A stretch of 63,996 nt of DNA, the filler included, from Phoronis australis (taxonomy: Eukaryota > Animalia > Phoronida): NCBI GenBank assembly GCA_002633005.1. It is 10 parts of 10 records of this genome, joined end to end, with 100 filler letters (N's around TTAATTAATTAA, not from the genome) between each part and the next. Parts side by side here need not be neighbours in the genome. Positions count along the whole stretch, not along the records: positions 37,577 to 41,951 come from NMRA01002612.1; positions 42,052 to 50,645 come from NMRA01000619.1; 8 more parts are not named here. The stretch is one strand, 5' to 3'. Below the pieces are notes generated by a model. The model searched no databases and was not told where the DNA came from. It saw nothing but the letters and a program-made list of their open reading frames with translations. The position numbers and the translations under genes are program-made. Below are positions 38,272 through 50,645 of the stretch, in pieces. Positions within the stretch are counted from its first letter, which is position 1; each line of letters begins with the position of its first letter.

Positions 38272-40425
38272 AAAACTTGGGAGTGAACGGGTCAACCAGT
38301 AAAACTTGGGAGTGAATGGGTCAACCAGTAAAACTTGGGAGTGAATGGGTCAACCAGTAAAACTTGGGAGTGAATGGGTCAACCAGTAAAACTTGGGAGT
38401 GAATGGGTCAACCAGTAAAACTTGGGAGTGAATGGGTCAACCAGTAAAACTTGGGAGTGAATGGGTCAACCAGTAAAACTTGGGAGTGAATGGGTCAACC
38501 AGTAAAACTTGGGAGTGAATGGGTCAACCAGTAAAACTTGGGAGTGAATGGGTCAACCAGTAAAACTTGGGAGTGAATGGGTCAACCAGTAAAACTTGGG
38601 AGTGAATGGGTCAACCAGTAAAACTTGGGAGTGAATGGGTCAACCAGTAAAACTTGGGAGTGAATGGGTCAACCAGTAAAACTTGGGAGTGAATGGGTCA
38701 ACCAGTAAAACTTGGGAGTGAATGGGTCAACCAGTAAAACTTGGGAGTGAATGGGTCAACCAGTAAAACTTGGGAGTGAATGGGTCAACCAGTAAAACTT
38801 GGGAGTGAATGGGTCAACCAGTAAAACTTGGGAGTGAATGGGTCAACCAGTAAAACTTGGGAGTGAATGGGTCAACCAGTAAAACTTGGGAGTGAATGGG
38901 TCAACCAGTAAAACTTGGGAGTGAATGGGTCAACCAGTAAAACTTGGGAGTGAATGGGTCAACCAGTAAAACTTGGGAGTGAATGGGTCAACCAGTAAAA
39001 CTTGGGAGTGAATGGGTCAACCAGTAAAACTTGGGAGTGAATGGGTCAACCAGTAAAACTTGGGAGTGAATGGGTCAACCAGTAAAACTTGGGAGTGAAT
39101 GGGTCAACCAGTAAAACTTGGGAGTGAATGGGTCAACCAGTAAAACTTGGGAGTGAATGGGTCAACCAGTAAAACTTGGGAGTGAATGGGTCAACCAGTA
39201 AAACTTGGGAGTGAATGGGTCAACCAGTAAAACTTGGGAGTGAATGGGTCAACCAGTAAAACTTGGGAGTGAATGGGTCAACCAGTAAAACTTGGGAGTG
39301 AATGGGTCAACCAGTAAAACTTGGGAGTGAATGGGTCAACCAGTAAAACTTGGGAGTGAATGGGTCAACCAGTAAAACTTGGGAGTGAATGGGTCAACCA
39401 GTAAAACTTGGGAGTGAATGGGTCAACCAGTAAAACTTGGGAGTGAATGGGTCAACCAGTAAAACTTGGGAGTGAATGGGTCAACCAGTAAAACTTGGGA
39501 GTGAATGGGTCAACCAGTAAAACTTGGGAGTGAATGGGTCAACCAGTAAAACTTGGGAGTGAATGGGTCAACCAGTAAAACTTGGGAGTGAATGGGTCAA
39601 CCAGTAAAACTTGGGAGTGAATGGGTCAACCAGTAAAACTTGGGAGTGAATGGGTCAACCAGTAAAACTTGGGAGTGAATGGGTCAACCAGTAAAACTTG
39701 GGAGTGAATGGGTCAACCAGTAAAACTTGGGAGTGAATGGGTCAACCAGTAAAACTTGGGAGTGAATGGGTCAACCAGTAAAACTTGGGAGTGAATGGGT
39801 CAACCAGTAAAACTTGGGAGTGAATGGGTCAACCAGTAAAACTTGGGAGTGAATGGGTCAACCAGTAAAACTTGGGAGTGAATGGGTCAACCAGTAAAAC
39901 TTGGGAGTGAATGGGTCAACCAGTAAAACTTGGGAGTGAATGGGTCAACCAGTAAAACTTGGGAGTGAATGGGTCAACCAGTAAAACTTGGGAGTGAATG
40001 GGTCAACCAGTAAAACTTGGGAGTGAATGGGTCAACCAGTAAAACTTGGGAGTGAATGGGTCAACCAGTAAAACTTGGGAGTGAATGGGTCAACCAGTAA
40101 AACTTGGGAGTGAATGGGTCAACCAGTAAAACTTGGGAGTGAATGGGTCAACCAGTAAAACTTGGGAGTGAATGGGTCAACCAGTAAAACTTGGGAGTGA
40201 ATGGGTCAACCAGTAAAACTTGGGAGTGAATGGGTCAACCAGTAAAACTTGGGAGTGAATGGGTCAACCAGTAAAACTTGGGAGTGAATGGGTCAACCAG
40301 TAAAACTTGGGAGTGAATGGGTCAACCAGTAAAACTTGGGAGTGAATGGGTCAACCAGTAAAACTTGGGNTGAATGGGTTAACCAGTAAAACTTGGGAGT
40401 GAATGGGTTAACCAGTAAAACTTGG
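38272..40425 (+). repeat. Homogeneous 29-bp tandem array (AAAACTTGGGAGTGAATGGGTCAACCAGT), about 74 copies
   Basis: Read directly. There are no spacers. The first unit has one variant base and the last two units have GGGTTAA. Confidence 0.98.
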
Positions 40426-40517
40426 ATACGAGGGACATGTGTATGTCACATGATTGTTGGTTAATTTGGACAGATCACTGTGTTACAGAGTTCTAGTTTG
40501 TGCAAGTGGGTCTTAAG

Positions 40518-41535
40518 ATACCACATTTGTCCTAATAAGTGCCCATGCCCCTATAAGCGCTCCCCACGCATTTTAGTCTTCGCTAAAATAAGCTCCCAGC
40601 CCATGAACATGATACATGCGAAAAATGCCTTACCGACAGTCCTAAAATTCTACAGTAACATCATCAATTTATCAATAATATCCAAAGTCCTACAAAATAA
40701 TTGTGCGCTGAATTTCTAGACCATGGGCCTCGCCGCTATGTTCAAGGGTATTTAGCCATGGCTGTACACTTCAAAAAGGATGCAAAAGTTTTGCTGATCT
40801 AACGAGTCTACTTGTCAACGGAATTGTATCGTATCTTTCCCATACATATCTCCTCCCTCAACAGGAATCCAGATTTCTTTGTACACATTTGTAAACCCCG
40901 AATCGAAGACTACCGGTAATAAAAAAACTTGATTCAGTGCTGAAAGCACGTGGCCAGGAAGCGCGCGCTACATACATGTACATGTAAGCCTGCTACTCTC
41001 TGGCAAGTGAACTCTGATGACAAGCACGCGCTCGCTCACTCACCCGGCACACACACACGCAGGCGAACTTCAAAACAAACATGTGACAACAGCATGTGTG
41101 TTCGTCCAGATCTTTTCTTGTGTTGCGGCGTGCGATCTAGAACAGATTTGGACTTAATCTGCAGTTAATCTCAACTCCACAGGAACTTAAAAATCTTAGG
41201 GACGCTATTTGGCAAACTTAATGAGGATTCCAGGTAATTTGTTGAGTCCAAACTGTATTTTTATCCACAAATTCAAGTTACCCTATCAACGATCGTGAGG
41301 CAGTGACGCATCAGTGAGTTTTCGTCCTAGGATTTCCACACAGTTTTCTGAAAAGGGATCGTAAATTCAGAATGTGGAATGTCTGTCATAGGTTACAGAT
41401 ATGTCGCAGTGCATAAATTTGACTTATCCCTAGCTTCCTATTTCACCTGTTTCGGAGACGGGCTTTCAACCACCTTAGGCTACAATAAGCACTCCCATCC
41501 TGAAACAATTTTTCTTCTAAGCACCCCGGGCTTAT
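40518..41535 (+). mobile_element. Internally deleted Tc2/pogo-like non-autonomous element joining both arms
   Basis: The left part is the reverse complement of 47492-47981. The right part matches 50075-50600. Confidence 0.7.
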
Positions 41536-41883
41536 TTTATTAAAATCATTTGGGCAGCTTGGATTCAACTTGTGTAAATTTTACTGTTACATTCCTGGTG
41601 TGTTTTTATACCCCTTACTTCTTTTGGAGTCATTTTGGTTCAATATAGTTCATTTTATCCTCTCCTCAGGTTCAAGAGTTCCACCAACTGGAGTCAAACC
41701 TTCAGGTAAAACAATTTCTGACAGATACCAGGAAGTTTCTTCACCAGATGATCCGCACGATCAACATTAAAGAGGAAGTGTTGATCACGCTGCAGATAGT
41801 TGCTGATCTATGTTACGCGTGGGAGATAATTGACAGGTGGGTGGGTACCGCTACCATATTGGCCAGTGAAAGTAGATGATTTG

Positions 41884-41951
41884 TGGTTACACTATAAGGG
41901 TGTCATGGTTACACTATAAGGGTGTCGTGGTTACACTATAAGGGTGTCATG
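41884..41951. repeat. 22-bp minisatellite (TGGTTACACTATAAGGGTGTCA), 3 copies, cut by the scaffold end
   Basis: Read directly. Confidence 0.9.
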
Positions 41952-42051
41952 NNNNNNNNNNNNNNNNNNNNNNNNNNNNNNNNNNNNNNNNNNNNTTAAT
42001 TAATTAANNNNNNNNNNNNNNNNNNNNNNNNNNNNNNNNNNNNNNNNNNNN

Positions 42052-42160
42052 AAACTTAGTGGAAGAGCAACATACTTGGCGAAATTTATTTCGCCAAGTA
42101 AAAAAAAACTTGCTGTCAGAGCAACATACTTGACGGAATTCGAAGAATTCCGCCAAGTAA
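42052..42160 (+). mobile_element. Two stacked Helentron-like terminal hairpins
   Basis: TACTTGGCGAAAT-TT-ATTTCGCCAAGTA (42073-42100) and TACTTGACGGAATTC-GAA-GAATTCCGCCAAGTA (42127-42159), each preceded by AGAGCAACA. Confidence 0.7.
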
Positions 42161-43026
42161 TTAAAGCTATTCAATTGTAAATAAAACAAGAATTAGCAGA
42201 TAAATAGAAAGATGAATAAATGCATGGCTTAAAAATGAAATCGAAAAAAGAAGGGACTAAATTATCAATTTTGTAGCACATGCCAAAATATTATGCTGCA
42301 CTCCTAACTCCTATGACTGACCAGCATTGATTGAGTGCGCCACCTAGTGCAGCCGCCGATAAATCACAGTCTGAACAGCAATACTATCCTACCATCCTGC
42401 TCATCTGGCTAAACAACCATGTCAAGCATAACATTCATTCACATTTTCAAAATTTTACTTTGAAATGCCCAGGCCCATGCAGCTTAAAGTTCACCGGTTG
42501 ATTTTTGAGTTATCCTTAAACACCCTGGATGTTAGCCTAGACTACTGTGAGGTTGATAAGACACCAGCTACTGGTTTGTCTCAATTTATCTTGTCCACTT
42601 GCATTTAGTACAGGGCAATTGTGCCAGAAGCATTGCAGAATTGAGTATAACCTTGAGAATTTTTTAATCACTGGAGGGGAATACTTGGACCTGATGAAAG
42701 CAATTTGGTACCATCGAGGCGTTCCCCCTGGTTTTGGCAGCTATATTACTGGAAAAACATAATCACCGCACAAGCTGCTTTACCAGAGAATGATGCAAAT
42801 TGACTCTCCACTGTACTACTGAAGTAAAAATCCTAAACCCAAACAAACATAATGCTTGGCTATTTTTAATTAAGTTTCTTACATGAGAGGAAATGCAGTC
42901 TATTTCGAGCTTATTTCTCATAAATCCATAGGACAGTATTAAAACAATTCTTTTCAGCCAGAATCCTAAATCCTTTGTAAAGCTGTGTTTAGACACACAG
43001 TCCAACTGAGACAGTTGTATGACTAA

Positions 43027-43526
43027 AAGGCCTTTCATACTTAACGTTGATGCCTTGATGGTTTGGGGAGTTGCGGTCAGTATGAACACTTAACTTCGGT
43101 ACTGTACTGGATCGAAGTTAACAGCTCCAATTAACATCGCAGTAATCAGGTGGATTTAACAGCGCAGTGTGGACACTGCGGTGCAGTATGAAAGGTAAAC
43201 TTCAGTGCTATCCAAATCGCCAGGTGCCACGGTTATCGTCAACATTTGAATGGTACAGTGTAGATGCTAATAGTTGCTTATATTTTACTCCAATAATCAC
43301 CAATCGATTTATAAATACATTTTATGTCACTTAGCACATATAAATGTTCCCAAATTGTCACATTAAAAAAATCTTAGTGTGCAGCGCTACCTTGCGATTA
43401 CTTCGATGACAACAGTGTCACCTGCCGTTTACTTCCATGTTCCTTTACTACCGAAGCCAGTAATAACTTCGCAGTTAACATCGACGCTCTGATTAGACCT
43501 GAGTTAAGTCAGTATGAAAAGGCCTT
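43027..43526. mobile_element. PIF/Harbinger-like MITE of about 500 bp
   Basis: Terminal inverted repeats AAGGCCTTTCATACT and AGTATGAAAAGGCCTT. The target site duplication is not clean. Confidence 0.65.
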
Positions 43527-44249
43527 GAGAGCAGTTCACTTGGAGTTAGTAAAATGATCTAACCATGATGGCGACATCCTGTTGCTCCCAACTTGTTCGA
43601 TTGGATAGCCCAACAACAAGTTGGGAAGTTTACCCCCCCCCCCCCGTAGCCAATTAACTCCATTCTGGCGTTGATGATTAGAGGGCCTGCGCTCTTTTGT
43701 TTGATAATTGCTCTAATCTCCGATCAGATCGTATCTAGCCTGACTTGGGTGGGCTGATAAAAATGTAAGTTAATTAAGTTAAGCCAGATATTATCGCACG
43801 TTCAGCACCCCTCACTTCTGGAAAAGTTACTGAACGACAGGATCGACGCTGTAATGACTCTTTCTGGACCACAGAACTACTTCACTGAACTTGCATGACA
43901 ATTTCAAAAGGCCTCATGTGCACATGAATGACACCAATGATTTACAGCTATCCAAAAAATCCACTACGTAAACTAGTTACCCCCTTCAAGACCAAAATGA
44001 CAGAAAAATAAGTTTGTCTGATTATGGATAAAACTGCACATATTACTGACATTTAATACAATATAAACATCTCAGCTAACAATGTCACAGGAGATGAACA
44101 TACGGGAATAGCAATCTACAAAAAGTCAATGGGGCAACACAAAGATAACTACTGAGTCCACAAGATATTAGTGCCTGTGAATCTTTATGTTGAGTTTAAT
44201 TTTGCTACAAATGAGGGGAGAAACGTCTTTAGTACTGTGAAACAAATAA

Positions 44250-45467
44250 ATGAAAGCGCTCCGAGGAGCGAAACTTGGCGAAATTAACCAAACAGATGAC
44301 GATAAAGATGACAACAAAGATAACGAATATGACGACGATGGTGGCGAGGATGAACAAAAGAAGTAATAATAACATACACATGACGAACGTAGAAGTCCGA
44401 AATCAGTAAGAAAAAGGCTACAGTCTTGGGCGACACTTGGCGAAATTAATGGAAAAGACAATGACGGAGATGATGACGAAGATGATGACGAAGATGACGA
44501 ATATGATGATGGTGGTGGCGATGATGAACATTACAACATTCAAATGACAAACTTAGATGTCATAAATCAATAAGAAATAGGCTACAGTCTAGTTCAAAAG
44601 AAGATAAACTAACATCAATGCAGCAAGAGCGCTCAACAAAGGAACAGCGTTATCAAAAAATCTCAAATGACTCGAAAAGTAGACGTCCTAGCGAAAAATG
44701 GAAAACATCTTCTGAAAGCCCGTTCAAAATTCTATCTATACTGATGGTATCGCCTAATTCTGTAAATTTTTCGAAAAAAATGAAATTTTGAGTTTTTTTA
44801 AGAAATTCATAGTCAAATAACTTGAAAGCGGTAAGTCTGAGAAAAAAATTGTTACAGACCATTTGAAAGAATATACTTCAAAGAATACACATGCAACAAA
44901 TCACGTCTTTTTCTCTTCCCGTTTAAAATTGCACTCAGCACGACTGAAAATGGGTCAACATGCGCCAGATCCGCCATCTTGAAAGCAACTTCCGGTTTTT
45001 TGGCTTTGTATAATAGCACGTCATAAGAAACTAATACCTGTAAAAATTCGAAGGAATTGGTCTTATAATGCACCCTCTACAGGAGAAAACGTTTTTAGGC
45101 CAAAATCGAGGTGCGCATGCGCGATCGCCAATATTTCCGCCATATTTAACCGGAAGTAACCAATTTCCGGTATACTTGTAGAAAACTTCCGGTCCATTTA
45201 CTGTGCCGATTCTTAGTCTTTTACGTAAAAAATTGTAGCCTCCAGAAGTATTTGAACCTTTAAATGAAAACAAAATGGCCGCCACAGCGCCATCTTGGAT
45301 CCGATTTTGACGAAAAACAAAAGGCTTCCAGTACTTCTGGAACTACATGTTGTGTGTAAATTTCGTGATGATCGTACGAAAATTGCGAACTGTATCGTGC
45401 GAACAAAAAAAAATAAAATCTTAGTGGAAGAGCAACATACTTGGCGAAATTTATTTCGCCAAGTAAA
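44250..45467 (+). mobile_element. Helentron/DINE-like non-autonomous element, about 1.2 kb
   Basis: Subterminal AAACTTGGCGAAATT at 44271, a (GAT/GAC)n core and a perfect terminal palindrome at 45438-45465. Other copies of its ends are at 7603-7808 and 42052-42100. Confidence 0.75.
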
Positions 45468-45792
45468 AGATAATATAAAGAAATTTGAGCTAGCAGGGAT
45501 AACATTATGTGAATATATGTGACTTATCAAGTGGTGAAAATGATGCCATTTTGTAACAAGTCTTAGTGTCTCCAAACTTCGAAAGTTTTAATATTTTTGA
45601 GTTTTAAAAATGGGAAGGTGTTGTCGTCTTTCAAACTTTTTTGCCAAATTTCATGAAAATCTGTCAAAGAACTCCAAAGATACAACTTAAGGTAAATTGC
45701 TATTAAGAACCACAGCAGTAGTAGAATCTATCCATTTGCAGTCAAGTTAAAGGCCATGGCAACCTCTCTCATGTCATTTTTACCAAAAATAA

Positions 45793-48503
45793 CCCGGGTG
45801 AGAATTTTACATGTTTGACACACTTTTGAGCATGTCAAACGTGTAAAAACGTGTAATGTGTGTCAAAATTGCCACGCTAACGTGTAAAATGTGCAAAAAC
45901 ATGTAAAATGTGTAAAATTCAGGGCTTGGAATGACCCATGACAAAAAAAGAGGAAAATTTTACGGCCCTAAATACACATTTCAATCTAAACCATTCCTCA
46001 ACAGATCGAAACTTATTGTGTCGTGTTGGCAAAACGCACTCATCTTAAGCAGTACCTGACATCTATTTCAGCAACAACAATGAAGGCAATTGGATGCAAC
46101 AAAAATATTTTTTAAAATTAAAATAATAACGATAATGATGAAAAATTTGCAGTCTGGAGTGGCAGGAGCTTATTCGTGATTTGCTGCACTGAGGGAGACC
46201 AAAATTACACAAAAAATGAAAATCGATCCATAAATTAAATTCCAACAAAAATTTTTTAATTTCAACGCAAATGGAAAAAAGTCAAGACGAAAACCTGTGG
46301 CTCATACCCCAACTGTTAGCATGGAAAAATGAAAGTCAAAAACAACATAGTTGACAGAATGCATCAATCACAATCCTCAGTTGGACAAACACTAATTACA
46401 GGAGTTCATAAGCCACGCTGGTGGAGAAGAAACTATGTGACATAACAAATAACTATCTGCGAGGACACTGAAAATAGTCTGGCAGAATTTGTAAACAATG
46501 GCTTAGACCAATCAGATCATTCAGAATCTGTCACGTGATCACTTCTCTAAAACTGCCGAAAACTCGAGTCACAAAGTAGAACACGAAAAATGTCAAAATC
46601 AATTGAAATACATAAAAGGCAATTTAAAATGCATTTGCAGTAACGAAAATAGCACTTTGTATCCCGTTTCGGCACTCAAGCGGTCAGACCTTAGGCTGAG
46701 GGCTTAGCAGCGAACGGCAATGGGCGTGCATGTGGGATCAAACAAAAGACACTCACAATCCAGCGAATAACCGGTTACGGTTGAATTTCCTTTCAGGAAG
46801 CGTTTTTTCTAGTGTTTTATTTCATTATTTTCAGTCGGTTCCACGACTCCAACTTAGTCTGAGGCAACTCGCTGACGCACTCCGTAATAATGTTAGTCTC
46901 TCAAAGTTTACAGAGCACAAACCTTGCCTTATGTTATTTGTGAAGACATTGACAGTTTCTTTTATCTACTTTTCCACGAAACATTCTCTCTACTACACGC
47001 TCCATGCATTTTTGACCGTAGAATCACACTATTTGTCGCCGCGATTTTATACCAAATGCAGACGCCATAGATGAAAACACGCTTAATCCTAGACACAGGC
47101 GCTTGAATTTATCAGTTCCTCGATTGCCTCTGACATCACTCACTACCAAGAAAGCATGTTTCTTGTATATGGTTACGAGTCATCGCGAAATTCGGGCGCC
47201 TGTGATCCACATATTAGTCCCCATGTGGCTGGATGTGTACCTAACTATCTGACAGTTATTTTTCGGTGTAAGGGTGAATAAGCATTCACTGCCAGTGGTC
47301 ACTTTATAGGGTATTTGGATTAAAAACACCAATTATGGTTAATCAAACAATCCACCTCAAAAATAACGAGAACATTTTTTATAGTATTAGAAACTGTCGG
47401 AAATTAGTGCCAATATTCATTTCTTGCCGATGCTATGCTACCCGTTTCGTGAATGGATAGTTCCCAACTAATGTCTTTGATAACGGTTTGTGTATGTAGC
47501 TCGCGCTTCCTGGCCACGTGCTTTAATATTGGCCAAGCTTAGTATTAGTCTTCGATTCGTGGTATTCACGACGTGTACAAAGAAATTTGGATTCCTATTG
47601 AAAGTCGGAAATATCTACAAAGCAATCCCATAGACAAGTACACTACGTCTGTTCTGAAAGGCCAGACAATTGGTCCTCGCAAGATCAGCAAAACTTTTGT
47701 GTTCGTTTTGAGGCATGTCGGAAGTTTGAAGTGTATAGTCATGGCTAAATACCGACATAGCGGCGAGGCTCGTGGTCTACAAATTCTGCGCACAATGATT
47801 TTTTTCAGGACTGTAGCATATTATTGATAAATTGAAGACGTTACTGTAGAATTTTAGGACTGTATGTAAGGCATTTTTCGCACGTACATGTTCATGGACT
47901 GGGCGCTTATTTATCAAAGACTGAAAACGCGTGGGGGGGGCTCTTATAGGGGCATGGGCGGTTATTATGGCGAATACGGTACCTGTTTAAAAGAAAGACC
48001 ATTTGCAAGAAAAGTTAATCAAGCCACTGTCAACCAGAATACATACACACTAAACTTTTGTTAGAGCTGCATGGCACTCAAAAACCATACTTCATAAGTG
48101 CTCTCCTGACACAACTGCATTATCTGACAGCTAAACCAACTCTAACTCAGTCTTTGGACATTTGAAAAGGCAGTGAAATCTTTTGTCGCAAATTCTTTTT
48201 GAAGTTATTACTGGAACATAGTCATTCAAATTGCGTGATTACCTTATAGCGGCCTTTTCAGAACTGCCAAGCCTATTTAAATTCTACCGTTATTGAAGAG
48301 TTCTATCATAATTTACATGTTTGACCCAATAGCGTGTAAAATTTCATGTTTGACAAGCTAGGGTGTCAAATTTTACACCTTTGACACGCTAGCATGTCAA
48401 ATTTTACACATTTGACACGCTAGCCTGGCACATAATTACACGTTTGACACGCTAGCGTGTAAAATTTTACAAGTTTGACAAATGTGGAAAATTTTCACCT
48501 GGG
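45793..48503. mobile_element. CCC...GGG-terminated, EnSpm/CMC-like non-autonomous element of about 2.7 kb with subterminal repeats
   Basis: Terminal inverted repeats CCCGGGTGAGAATTTT and AAAATTTTCACCTGGG. Arrays of tttgacacgctagc/tgtcaaa/tgtaaaa at 45800-45920 and 48310-48480. The target site duplication is not evident. Confidence 0.55.
47492..47981 (-). mobile_element. Tc2/pogo-like arm ending in TACGGTA
   Basis: Ends ...gggcggttattatggcgaatacggTA and is homologous to 40518-40975. Another TA-CCGTA start is at 10073. Confidence 0.7.
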
Positions 48504-48954
48504 AGTAAATAAAAATGTGGATAATGCTGAATCACTGATGTTTAACTGTTGGCACAGTAGAATTGAAATTGCTAAGAATACATGTTTAACGAAATTAGAT
48601 ATCCTATGCTAGTATTTGACTCCTGAGCCTCAGTAGTGGCTTTAATTTACCTACCTTTTATACCCTACCTGTCTTAATCAGGTCATTTTTTCTCATTGTC
48701 ATTCACCATTCTTCGTCATTTATTTATTGTCTTAATTCTCAAACTGTTTTACTTGTATCTTTGTCACGTATATTTAATTATTGTTTTGTTACTTCATTGT
48801 ATTATATTTCTGTTTTTGTTGTTGAGGGCCCTCTTGGAAAGCAGTGCTATCACTGAAGAGGTCGCCCTTATTTTAAATGTCACAATAAATAAATAAGTAA
48901 ATAAATAAATAAATAAATAAAGTAGTGAAACAAATGTGAAGCCCATAAAGCGTT

Positions 48955-49545
48955 GTTAATGCTGAGAATCACAGTAGTTTAAGTTACCAGGATGAATGAA
49001 AACGTCAATTTTTCAGAAGGGAAATGACTGCCTGGATGGACCAAATGACCTCAAACTATGGAATTGAAAGTCAATTACATGTACCAATCAGATGTGTGAT
49101 TTGAAGAGTCTACTTCAAAATTTAAGTTTACACTCATACTAATTTCAACTAACTGGAAACCCGACTGTTTAGAAAAATAGTATTGATTGTCATGTATGCT
49201 TACACCTGTAACCTGAAATTGAGAATTCCTCGAAAAATGTAGGAGAAATAACATTTTGAAACATTTGCACTGATTGACCCTTTCCAGTGCATTATATGCC
49301 ATATCAGTAGAATTATTGCAAAACACGTGAAAAATGTGTTTAATGCTGAGAATCACGGTTGTATAACTGTTGACACATCAGAAAACGTGCTGAAAGAGTA
49401 GGGTCCATTTCAGAAGAAAAATACACCCAATAACCTCATGGCTGCACCAAGTGACCTGAAACTTTTGAATTGGAACTCAGTTACATGTACCAACCCTATT
49501 TGTGAATTTGAAGTGTTTGGCTTAAAATTTAAGTTTGCACTCAAT
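48955..49545 (+). repeat. Degenerate direct duplication with a period of about 385-400 bp
   Basis: taatgctgagaatcac...tgacct.aaact...ttacatgtaccaa...aaaatttaagttt.cactca occurs twice. Confidence 0.7.
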
Positions 49546-49556
49546 AACCTTTGACC

Positions 49557-50645
49557 TATTTCAAAATACGTTTATTATGAATCTTACAAGCTGTAAAACG
49601 ACGTTGTTTAATTTCATTGTGCTCATTCGTTGTCATCCGTCAAATCGGCAATTTCTGAGATGTGATCTGCGGTGTGCGCGTATGTGTACAAAACACGTGA
49701 TTGTTATGTTCCTGAAGTACAAAAATTAAGAAACTTTAGCATGCCGTTATTATTGACAGGGACACGATAAAACGAATTTGGATTTTGACTATAGTCTTGA
49801 TACAGCGAGCTGGCTGACCACTGCGTCAGTGTCTCCGTTAGACTCAGAAATTTCACACAGCCCGGTTAGTTCACCTCGTCCCCAACATGTAGATCAAGCC
49901 TTCTTCGACTGTAATATTCCACGGTAGAGCTAACGACCGTCGGCCTGTGCACACAAAACCTGTGAGTTAACCAGCACTCACCTTGCACGTTGCAGCCGTT
50001 TAAGTGAAAAACAATCTAGTAAACGCCACTTTCTAGCATAATCCTCCGCCTTTTGTAACAAAAAAGTCTGTCGTCGATGACCCGCACACGCTCACTCACT
50101 CTCATAAGCAGACGAACTTCAAAACAAACGTCACGTGACAACAACACGTGTGTTCATCCAGAGATTTTTCTCGTGTTGCTGGGTACGATGTAGCGCAGAT
50201 TTAGACTTAATCGCAATTAATCTGGACTCCACATGAACTTAAAAAAATGTAAAACATAAGGAAGATTTCAGGTAATTTGTTGAGTCGAAACTATATTTTT
50301 ATTCAAGAGTTTAAGTTTTCCTCTTGACGATCGCGATTCAGCAACGCATCAGTTGGCAAGTTTTCGCCCAGTGATGAGCACAATTTTTTGAAAAATTATC
50401 GTAATTTAACAACGAAAGTTGATAGCAATGCACCACAAATTTGTAGAAAGACTGTCATAGGCTACAAATACGTCACAGAGCGTAAATTTGATGAATCCTA
50501 GCTTCCGATTTTACCCATTTGGGAAACCGGGTTTCAACTGCCGTAGGCTACAATAAGCGTCCCCTCCCTGTGAAATGAATTTTTCTAAGCGTTTATTAGA
50601 GCCAATACAGTATACAGCTTTCCACCAAGGCTAGGTGATGCTAGG
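49557..50645. mobile_element. Uninterrupted copy of the 597-3312 repeat; provides the empty site for the Kolobok insertion
   Basis: Reverse-complement match, with ...gatttagacTTAAtcgcaattaatc... at 50207. Confidence 0.85.

Noticed and set aside
38272-40425. CRISPR array (29-bp repeat)
   Set aside because: Units are head-to-tail with no unique spacers, there are no cas genes, and the context is eukaryotic.
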